From: Octopus vulgaris
Lineage: Eukaryota
Assembly: GCA_951406725.2 (NCBI GenBank)
Contig: OX597840.1
Coordinates: 29,698,001 to 29,762,000 of the forward strand
DNA length: 64,000 bases
Direction: 5' to 3'
Shown here: positions 13,130 to 24,784 of the stretch, in pieces
Layout of the letters: every line of letters begins with the position of its first letter
Position numbering within the stretch: position 1 is the first letter of the stretch
The notes under the pieces: generated by a model
What the model saw: the letters and a program-made list of their open reading frames with translations, nothing else
The model's database searches: none
What the model was told of the DNA's origin: nothing
Translations under genes and position numbers: made by a program

Positions 13130-13222
13130 CTGCTGCTGCTGTTGGTGGTGGTGGGGATAATGGTAATGATGTCGCTGCTGCTGCACCTGATGGCGGTGGT
13201 GGTAGTGGTGGTGGTGCTGGGT

Positions 13223-13253
<31 letters not shown>

Positions 13254-14067
13254 CGATGATGATGACGATGATGATGATGATGACGATGATGATGATGATG
13301 ATGATGCAGCAACTGTTGCTGCTGCTACTGATGATGACAATGGTGATGGTGGAGGTTGTGGTGGTGGTGGTGGTGGTGGTGGGGATAATTATGATGATGG
13401 GGAGATGAGGAGTGGAAGGATGAAGTTGGTTCTTGTTATGATGGTGTTGGTGTTGGTGATGACGATGACAACAGCAACATCGATGATGATAATTTTGATG
13501 ATGATGGTGATGATGATGATGAAAATGATGGTAGTGGTGATGGTCACGATGATGATGATGGTAGTCTTAGTAGTAGTGGTGGTGGTGGTGGTGGTAGTAG
13601 TGGTGGTAGTGGTGATGATGTTGATGATGATGATAATTTTGATGATGATGGTGATGATGATATTGAAAACGATGGTAGTGGTGATGGTCACGATGATGAT
13701 GATGGTAGTCTTAGTAGTAGTGGTGGTGGTGGTGGTGGTAGTAGTGGTGGTAGTGGTGATGATGTTGATGATGATGATAATTTTGATGATGATGGTGATG
13801 ATGATATTGAAAACGATGGTAGTGATGGTTGCAATGGTGGCAGTGGTGATGATGATGATGATGATGATGATGATGGTAGTGTTAGTAGTGGTGGTGGTGG
13901 TGGTAGTAGTGGTGGTAGGGGTGATGATGTTAATGATGGTGGTGGTGATGATGATGATGATGAGGATGATGATGGTAGTCTTAGTAATGGTGGGGGATGG
14001 TGGTGGTGGTGGTGGTGATGATGTTGATGATGATGGTGGTTGCAATGAGGATGTTGATGATGATGAT
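13130..14067. repeat. (GAT/GGT/GTA)n low-complexity tract with internal ~135-bp duplication
   Basis: Direct reading; GTGATGGTCACGATGATGATGATGGTAGTCTTAG occurs near 13537 and 13681. Confidence 0.9.
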
Positions 14068-14830
14068 AAAAGTTCAAATAGCAAGAGAACAAATGTGCAG
14101 CAGTCGTTTCAACGTGCTTACATCACAACAAAATTAATATGCATTATGAAGGAGAGAGGAAAAATGTAAGAAATAAACAAATAAAATAAACGAAATAAAG
14201 AAAATAAATAAAGAAAATAAAGAAAAATAAATAGATAAAAATGTCATTAATCATATCATAGACAAAAAGGGATTCCAGAAATCTGAAAAAAATCTAAACC
14301 AGAGGAGACCATACGGCTCCTGGTTTCGTTCCAGACAGGATAAGATGCTCTAATTCCTTAATCTTGAAATAGAAGGCTAAATCCATTCTCTACGGAATAT
14401 TTTCATTCCACATCGTCATCTTCATTGTCTTAAAGTCTTCATCTTTAATTCTTTCTCTTGCTTGAGTCAGTAGAGTGTGGCCCTGCTGGGGCACCATCCT
14501 TGAAGGGTTTTGGTCAAATGAATCGCCCCCCACCCCGTGATCTTATTTTAAACTTGGCTTTTATTCTATTGGTTTCCTTTGTTGAATGCTGCTAAGTCAC
14601 AGGGATGTAAACACACCAACACCTGTTGTCAAGCTGTGGTGGGAGACAAATACAGACACATACACACACACACACATATGTGTGTATATGTATACATTAC
14701 ATATATATATATACACACATACATATATATATACGTACATACATACATATATATACATACATAGATAAATGCATATATATATATGTATACATATATATAG
14801 ATGTTTCTCTCCGTGTTTCTTTTCTGTGTA

Positions 14831-14868
14831 TCTTTCTGTTGAAGAGCGTAGGCTCGAAACGTAAAAGA
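14831..14868 (+). ncRNA. Minimal type I hammerhead ribozyme-like motif; related copies 38791-38826, 39387-39422, 54067-54102
   Basis: Stem I TCTTT/AAAGA, core CTGTTGA-A, stem II GAGC-GTAG-GCTC, GAAAC-GTA. The 39387 copy has canonical CTGAAGA. Confidence 0.6.
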
Positions 14869-15064
14869 CTTGTTTTATTTATATTCCTGAGGCCATACTA
14901 ATACAATTGTTTGTTTGTATTCCACCTGCCTTCGTCTTTTGTTTATTTTCATATAGCTTCCCGTTATATATAGATGTATATGTATATATATATGTATATG
15001 TATTTATATATGTTTATGTATGTATGTATGTATATATGTATATATATATATGTATATATATTTA

Positions 15065-15109
<45 letters not shown>

Positions 15110-15413
15110 GTATTTATATATGTATATATATATGTATATGTATGTATATATATATATATATGTATTTATATATGTATATATATATGTATATGTATATATA
15201 TATATATGTATACGTATATATATATATATGTATATGTATGTATATATATGTATATGTATGTATATATATACATATCATCATCATCATCATCATCGTTTAA
15301 CGTCCGTTTTCCGCATGTATGTATATATATATATATGTATTTATATATGTATATATATATGTATATGTATATATATATATGTATACGTATATATATATAT
15401 ATGTATATGTATG

Positions 15414-15464
<51 letters not shown>

Positions 15465-15505
15465 ATATATATACATGTATACATATATGTATATATGTAT
15501 GTATA

Positions 15506-15557
<52 letters not shown>

Positions 15558-15564
15558 TATATGT

Positions 15565-15855
15565 GGAGGCGCAATGGCCTAGTGGTTAGGGCAGCGGACT
15601 CGCGGTCGTAGGATCGCGGTTTCGATTCCCAGACCAGGCGTTGTGAGTGTTTATTGAGCGAAAACACCTAAAAGCTCTACGAGGCTCCGGCAGGGGGTGG
15701 TGATCCCTGCCGTACTCTTTCACCACTCTTCTGTTGGCCTGCTCGCTTAGCCAGCGGGGTGGCGTCATTCGAAGGCTAAAACAATGCGAACGCATTGTGA
15801 CCAGCGATGTGTAACTACATCTGATGGACTGGTCGGTCACATGATCATGTGATAT
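15565..15855 (+). mobile_element. tRNA-derived SINE family E (CpG-rich, probably young); decayed copy 21075-21322(-)
   Basis: A box TGGCCTAGTGG, B box GGTTTCGATTCCC, then non-tRNA body; body mirrored at 21075-21180. Confidence 0.8.
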
Positions 15856-15892
15856 ATGCATATATATATGTATATATATGTATATATGTATG

Positions 15893-15934
<42 letters not shown>

Positions 15935-16716
15935 TATATATATATATGTATATATATATCAAGAATGCAAGCTGGTAGAATCATTACCATGCTGGACAAA
16001 ATACTCAGCTGCATTTCATCCATCTTCAGATTCTAAGTTTCAACTTCGTTGCGATCAACTTTGCCCTTCATCCTTTCAGATTCGATAAAATAAGTACCAG
16101 TTGAGCACTTTCCTTGATCTAACAGATTAACCCCTCCCCAAAATTGCTGACCTTGTGCCAAAATTTCAAACTATTATATATATATATATATAGTAATAAT
16201 AATAATCTAAGGATGTAATTTATAAATATGTCAATGTGTTTGTAAATGCCTTTCGACAAATCACATGTTTTTTGTGACCAAAGTCAGTGTTCTTCAGATG
16301 ATTACAAAACAATCAGTAATATCCACAGACAATTCCACACATGACAATACAACATCGAGAATTCTGTGCAAAGACAATTCAGTACATATGAGATTTAATT
16401 TCATTTATTTTATTTTCAAAATTTCTTAACTGTCCAACTTTGTGACTAAGTGTTAATGTTTTAGATCGTTAACACTAACAAGCATTCAATAAATGCTATT
16501 TTTTTTTCAATTACGTTTTTACTCTTTTACTTGTTTCAGTCATTTGACTGTGACCATGCTGGAGCACCGCCTTTAGTCAAGCAAATCGACCCCAGGACTT
16601 ATTCTTTGTAAGCTTAGTACTTATTCTATTGGTCTGTTTTGCCGAACTGCTAAGTTACAGAGACGTAAACACACCAGCATGGTTGTCAAGCGATGTTGGG
16701 GGGTCCAAACACAAAC

Positions 16717-16776
<60 letters not shown>

Positions 16777-16876
16777 TAGCAGAATTGCCCCGCGTTGCTC
16801 GGGGCTGAATTGCTTGAAAGTACTGTTAATGATTGCACTGAATTATGATGATTATTCAGGCAAATATTGATATAAG

Positions 16877-17374
16877 CTATACGGTGGGAGATAAGGACTT
16901 AACGATCAAACGTGTGCCATTGCATTGTTTTGGGGGAACCAAATTTCTGATGAGCATTATAGGGGCACCAACTTTAAGTTTGAGAAAGTGTGGTGGTAGT
17001 CCGGGGTGCTCAAAGGAATTAAGTACCTCTATTGGATAGTTGATGACGTCCTCTGGGACAGGAGTTGTATCGTTAGACTGATATACATAGACTTCCCCAG
17101 GAATGAGTTTTAGCATTTCATCATTAATATGGTGAACAGTTTTATTCCTCGGGGCCAGTATAGCCTTTTTGCCAATCCAATCCATATTCTGATAATTAGC
17201 TTGTAGATCTGGGAACACTGCATCTCTGAGATCAGAAGGCGTCTTAACAATGGTACAAATGGAATCGATGGCAATATTACCATTTTCATCCCCTGGTATT
17301 TTGCCTTCGCCAAGTGCAAGGAGGGTGTGAGGAAATGCTGGTGATGTGATATTACGTCGCATATGAGCACGCAT
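16877..17374 (-). pseudogene. PIF1-family helicase fragment (Helitron RepHel)
   Basis: AILAPRN..VHHIN, YPIEVLNSFEHPGLPPHFLKLKVGAPIMLIRNL..KQCNGTRLIVKSL motifs. Confidence 0.9.
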
Positions 17375-18110
17375 ATTGGTGTGAAGTTTGAGAGTTACTT
17401 CCGTTTATTTTAAAAAATATGCATTAAAATGGAAAAAAATGATGGTAAATTATTTGTAAAATCATAGACTCATCGTAGATGCGCGCTAATACCCAGAAGA
17501 GCTCGATATGAATCACGACTATAAGATACCCGGTTTTGGTTAAACTGCATCGCAAAATGTGGGAGTAGTTAGGAATCTAAATCGGAGTAGACAAACACAC
17601 AACCTTTCTTTTATATATAAATATTTTCGTCCTAAAAAACTTTGTATGGATTGAATGGTTACCTCTATGGAAATATATACACGCACATTATACATACATG
17701 TGTGTATAGATGAATATATAAATACATTTAAATATCTATATACACTTTTGGGCGATCTTTCTGTTTCTTAGAGATAACTTTAGATCTTATTTTCGTGCTA
17801 AAAAACTTTGTATGGAGTGAATGGTTACCTCTATGGAAATATATACACACACGTTATACATACATGTGTGCATAGATGAATATATAAATACATTTAAATA
17901 TCTATATACACTTTTGGGCGATCTCTGTGCTACTTAGAGATAACTTTAGATCTTATTTTCGTCCTAAAAAACTTTGTGCGGAGTGAATGGTTACGTGTAT
18001 GGAAATATATACACACACATTATACATACATCTGTGTATAGATGAATATATAAATACATTTAAATATCTATATACACTTTTGGGCGATCTTTCTGCTACT
18101 TGGATATAGG

Positions 18111-18557
18111 GGCGATATTTCGCTTGTCGTAGCACACGTTTCCGTCGATTTCCGTAAAAAATGTAAACACTGAATCGGCCATACATACATACATACACAC
18201 ACACATACATACACACACACACACACACACATACATGCATACATACATATACACATAAACCGAGTAAAAAATTTCAGTTATCTCTGTCTTTCACACATTA
18301 CTCTCTCTGTCTCTTCACACACACTAACAGAAGCACTTCACTTACACAACATACTGTCTGTCTCCCACACTCCATCAAACACACACACACACACACATGT
18401 ACATCTATGCGTCCCATGCACGGTAACTTCAAAAGAACTTCCCTCGTCATAAAATCGCTTTCTCTTAGTCTCTTTCGCTCTCATTACTTATGTAAAAAAA
18501 TAAAAGTTTTTTACGGAAATCGACGGAAACCTGTGCTACGACAAGCGAAACATCGCC
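18111..18557. mobile_element. MITE with ~51-bp TIRs and 8-bp TSD, Merlin-like
   Basis: TIR GGCGATATTTCGCTTGTCGTAGCAC.. with 2 mismatches between arms; GATATAGG duplicated at 18103-18110 and 18558-18565. Confidence 0.75.
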
Positions 18558-18614
18558 GATATAGGTCTTATATTCGTCCTAAAAAACTTTCCTGTCACAC
18601 ACTCACGCACACGT

Positions 18615-18650
<36 letters not shown>

Positions 18651-19609
18651 CCTCACACACACACACGCACACACACACACTCACACACATGCACGTTAGC
18701 TTACAATTTTATTTATATATTTGCGTGTCTATGTGTGTAAAGAGGAAGTGGCAGACTGAAAGAGTCACTCACTACAAAAGGTGAATTACTTTCATTTTAT
18801 TCGTTGCACACTGTGTGTGTGCGTGTGCGTGCGGTGTAAACCACATTAAGAAAAGCATTTGACATACACACCAGAATGTGAGTTTTCTGTAAATTTTGCT
18901 TAATTGAAGTTTAAATTTTAAAAAGTGGACCTGGCAAAACCCGATGCATTCTACTCTTAAAAATGCTAGGTAAATTGTAATTGAAGAAATCCTATATTGT
19001 AGATTTCTATAACTGACAAAGGGAGGCAGATAAAATCTGCCTTTTATAATAAGAGATATATATATATATATATACACACATATATACGATCAGCTTCTTT
19101 CAGTTTCTGTCTACCAAATCCACTCACAAGGTTTTGGTTGGCTCGAGGCTATAGTAGAAGACACTTGCCCAAGGTGCCACACCGTGGGACTGAACCCAGA
19201 ACCATGTTGTTTGTAAGCAAGCTACTTACCACACAGCCACTCCTATGCCTGATTGTCCAGACACCTTTTTTTCTATTTCTACAAGTTTACCATTTTGGTA
19301 GTTATTTTGAAAATCTTGCGCTATTGTTTTGCTTCCTTGTGCTGAATTATCTTTGAGCTGAATTGTCCACGTGCTGAATGGTCATGCGTGGAATCTTCAG
19401 CACTGAACTGTTGCATGCAAGATTTGTCAGGGTGCCATCTATGGTTATCAGGTGGGTCTTTGTTCATGCGTTCATTTCTTCAGGTGATATAGCATTAAAT
19501 TTGGAAGTAACGAATGTTCAACTGAAGGATGTTTCTCAATTTTCACCAATCAAGAGGTCCGTTGGGGTTTGTGGGCAGTCTTGTGTGTATTTGGATTAAC
19601 TGCGTGTGT

Positions 19610-20003
19610 AAATCCCTGGAGAAGGACATCATGCTCAGAATGGTCAATGGCAAGAGAGGAAGAGGCTGACCAAAAACCCGCTGGCTTGACACTATCAAAA
19701 GGGATACTGGAATGGACATAGCCAATCTGAAAGAAGCGGCCCAGGATAGAACTGACTGGAGGACACTGATCCAATGAGTGACTGAGAGTCGACTTCGACT
19801 GAGCGGATAGATATATATATATATATGGAATGGTCAGTGGCAAGAGAGGAAGAGGCCGACCAAGAACCCGCTGGCTTGACACCATCAAGAGGGATACTGG
19901 AATGGACATAGCCAATCTGAAAGAAGCGGCCCAGGATAGAACTGACTGGAGGACACTGATCCAACGAGTGACCGAGAGTCGACTTCGACTGAGCAGATAG
20001 ATA
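19610..20003 (+). mobile_element. Two tandem 3' ends of an RTE/BovB-like LINE
   Basis: SLEKDIML..VNGKRGRG.PKTRWLDTIKRDTGMD...LKEAAQDRTDWRTLIQRVTESRLRLS parallels the BovB C-terminus; GATA-type tail. Confidence 0.8.
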
Positions 20004-20254
20004 TGATAAGAAGCGTGTGTAAAAACATATATACACAATAAGAGGAAGAAAGTGGAATGGTACCTAGTTTCTGGAGTTGTTTTCTGTTGATAGGGAAGAA
20101 GAGGAGGTGATAGAAAGAGAGAAAGGGGTGGTAGTGATAGAGGTGTAGGAGGAGTGTGTGGTAAGGTTTGACCTGCTTTGGTATTTATGTTTGCACATGT
20201 TCGGATGGGGAACACAGGTCATTGGTTTGGCCTTAGGCACAGTTGGTGCTTCCT

Positions 20255-20482
20255 TGAACCCTTCAGCATTTAAGCCAGCCATATCAGGCCAAAATATCCT
20301 ACATGTTTCCTGTTCAAATTCACCAAATTCAGCTTCTCATACCTGCCATACAATGTCGTTCTAAAAATACACTATCACATCATTGAAATCTAGAAGCACT
20401 GAAATAATGTTTGATTAATTCAAACCAATTTGACTAACTAATCATCATGTTTGACAGAATAATCTGAATGCTAAAGGGTTAA
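20255..20482. mobile_element. TTAA-type (piggyBac-like) MITE
   Basis: TGAA-CCCTTCAGCATT ... AATGCTAAAGGG-TTAA inverted termini. Confidence 0.6.
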
Positions 20483-21729
20483 TGAGTTCAGATGTTGCAG
20501 AGCAAAGGAGCAAATTCTGTTTTAATGTTGCCAGTTCAAAGTTTTTGCCAGCCACAGATCAAGCTGGGGACTGGGTTGCCTGATATCCTTAAGTTTGAGT
20601 TGACAAGTGATGTTCCTTTAAAGGGCCATGTCAATTAGTTCAAGTTATCTTTTATCTCTTACGTGTTTCAGTCATTAGACTGCGGCCATGCTGGGGCCCA
20701 CCTTGAAGTTTTAGTTGTCCCCAGTACTTATTTTATCAGTCTCTTTTGCTGAATGGCTAAGTTATGGGGGGACATAAACATATCAACACTGGTTGTCAAT
20801 CGGTGATGATTGGGACATTCACATACACACACACACACACATATATACTTTCAGTTTCTATCTACCAAATCCACAGACAAGACCTGAGGTTATAATAGAA
20901 GACACTTGCCCAAAGTGCCATGCAGTGGGACTGAACTCGAAACCATGTCACTGAGAGGCAAGCTTTTTTCCACACGGCCACTCCTGGTTGTACAATTAGT
21001 TCTTCGATGTTGCTTGTGTTTCCATGGATTCAATGGGTTCGGTTACTATGGATAACCCTGTGATGCAATAATATGACCGACCAGGCTATCAGGTGCTGTT
21101 ACACATCACTGGTCACAATGCGCTTTTGCATTGTTTCAGCCTTCAAATGATGCGACCCCACTGGCTAGGCAAGAAGGCCAACAATTCCCCCCTGATCGAA
21201 GGGGGACTGAAGCAATGTGAAATGAAATGTTTTGCTCAAGAACACAACATACCACCCAGACAGGGAATTGAACCCATGATCTGTAGATCATGAATGCCAC
21301 AGCCTAACCACTAGGCCACACACCCGTCCGATTACCGTGTATACTTAGTTATGTAATATCAAGCACTTACCATATTTTGTGTATTATTTTTGTTGGTGAC
21401 AGGGATGGATGTGTTCTGCTGAGTGGAAATCTTCTGTTGCTATAACCTACGAATGGTTCCTTTGTTTATTTCATTTATGAGGTCATTCTGTTGTTCAGTT
21501 GGTGTCTCAGTGTTTGTAATGTTTTGTCCAAATCCTAGGAAGGATGCTTTGATCTTATATTTGCCTCATACAATTCATCCTATATTATATCAACACAGCT
21601 TGGTACAATCCCATAAAACCGCTGTTGCAAGTTGCAGTCACCGGGCCATAGCTGACATAAGCTTATAGTAGCTTTTATGCGCATACTCAAAAAACATTTC
21701 CCATAAATGAACTTATAGGACACACACAC

Positions 21730-21767
<38 letters not shown>

Positions 21768-21776
<9 letters not shown>

Positions 21777-22180
21777 GTGAATGGAAGAAATGGAGTTGAA
21801 CGAAGATTGTACAGAATTCCTTTTATTACATTCTACACATGTTTCAAAGGCCACAATTTTCCAAATTCTGATTAAATAAGGATACCATATTGCAGCTTTC
21901 TCTTCAGGAAAAACCAGGAATTACGTTGTCAGAACAAAACAAAACAGAGGCGCAGCAAAGCAATTCAAACGAGGACGCTCCTTAAGAGCCCATGGATAAA
22001 CTCTTTTGTTTTGTTCTGACAATGTAATTCCTGGTTTTTCCTGAAGAGAAAGCTGCAATATGGTATCCTTATTTAATCAGAATTTGGAAAATTGTGGCCT
22101 TTGAAACATGTGTAGAATGTAATAAAAGGAATTCTGTACAATCTTCGTTCAACTCCATTTCTTCCATTCACTAATTATAT
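21768..22180. repeat. Near-perfect inverted repeat (~175-bp arms, ~55-bp spacer) carrying a hammerhead motif in each arm; Penelope-like terminal repeat
   Basis: Arms match by eye with one mismatch; CTGAAGA 22041-22047, GAAAC-ATGT-GTA 22103-22114, AATAAA just downstream. Confidence 0.85.
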
Positions 22181-22416
22181 TAAACTTCAATTATCCGCAC
22201 CAACGCACGGTTGCAACACCATATGGTCTTATCTCCAACCGTGTTTTTTTCTGCTGTGATTTTTGCTACCCAGGTATCGGTTAAACTTTTGAATAATCTG
22301 TAACAAGAAAATTCATCTTTCCATTTCAACAAACACATATATATATATATGTGTATATATATATATATATATATGTATATGTATATGTATATGTATATAT
22401 ATATATATACATATAC

Positions 22417-22497
<81 letters not shown>

Positions 22498-22781
22498 CAC
22501 ACATATATGTACAATGGACTTCTTTCAGTTTCCATTTACCAAATCCACTCACAAAGCTTTGGTTGGCCATAGTTGAAGACGCTTGCCCAAGATGCCACTC
22601 AGTGGAACTGAACCTGCAACTATGTAATTAGGAAGCAAGCTTCTTACCACACAGCCATGCCTGCACATACACACACACACACATATGACAGAAGTAAATA
22701 GTCACCCTTATAATCATTAAATTTTATTTAGATCTGAAATTATACATTCAAATTATTTATTAATTATTATAATTTGAATAT

Positions 22782-23087
22782 TTAATATTTAGTAGACATT
22801 ACCTTTGCATTTTTCAATGCAAGGACCCTATTAGGTATGTTACTGATCAGATGACGAATATTCTCTTGAGGAATTTCTTGCCAAGTTCCATGCGGTAATC
22901 TCAAAAGATTTGACTTTGAAGATGCTTTCTTGTTCTGTTTATGAAATGCCCTGTCCATTATGCCCCAAAGGTGTTCTATACGGTTCATATCTGGTGACTG
23001 GCTTGGGCATGGAAGCTTTCTAATGCCATTCTTTCCCAACCAATCTTGGGTCTTTTTCGCCATGTGACAAAGGGCCCCATCTTCCAT
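22782..23087 (-). pseudogene. Tc1-family transposase C-terminal remnant
   Basis: EDGALCH, PSQSPDMNRIEHLW (degenerate WPSQSPDLNPIENLW) and terminal TKY-stop. Confidence 0.85.
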
Positions 23088-23274
23088 AAATAGTCTTCTT
23101 TAATCATTTCACCATTTATAATGAATGAACAACCATCGTATCCACTGTAGTATCTAGAACTGTTCACCCCTTATACATCTATGTAAATGGCAGGCCTTTT
23201 CGAATTGCATTTCAGTAACAACATGCTTATTCGGAGTAAAAATTCATTATTGAATATACTCCAGTTAAATTTAT

Positions 23275-24485
<1,211 letters not shown>

Positions 24486-24784
24486 CTTTCTTTTATTAGC
24501 CACACAGGGCTGAATACAGAGGGGACAAATACAAATGCAGAGCTTTTCTTTTCGAGGGTGGAAAAAAATAAAAATGTAAGATTGCGATCAAAAGGGATCG
24601 AGAGGAGGAAAAAAAAGGAAAAAAAGAAAATGTGTATCACAGAAATAATGATGTAAACATTGATATAACAAGATTGGGTTCATCCGTGGGAAGAAAAGCC
24701 TACAGAAAAGACCACGGGAACCCCAGTCAGGGAGGAAATAAACACATGAGGTCAAAAATGCTCTCTTTCTTTCTTTTTTACGAT

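Larger units (their letters stand above)
16776..19056 (-). mobile_element. Helitron (possibly composite) with PIF1 fragment and internal ~166-bp tandem repeats
   Basis: 5' A|TCTCTTATTATAAAA at 19056; 3' hairpin CCCCGAGCAACGCGGGG then CTAG|T at 16776; repeats start near 17622, 17788, 17954; a second 5'-like motif near 17620. Confidence 0.8.

Noticed and set aside
13069-14169. 366-aa ORF with poly-D, G, M and V runs
   Set aside because: Translation of trinucleotide repeats, open in several frames, no domain.
15565-15640. Possible tRNA gene
   Set aside because: A and B boxes present but no complete acceptor stem or T-run terminator; continues into a dispersed repeat body, so it is a SINE head.
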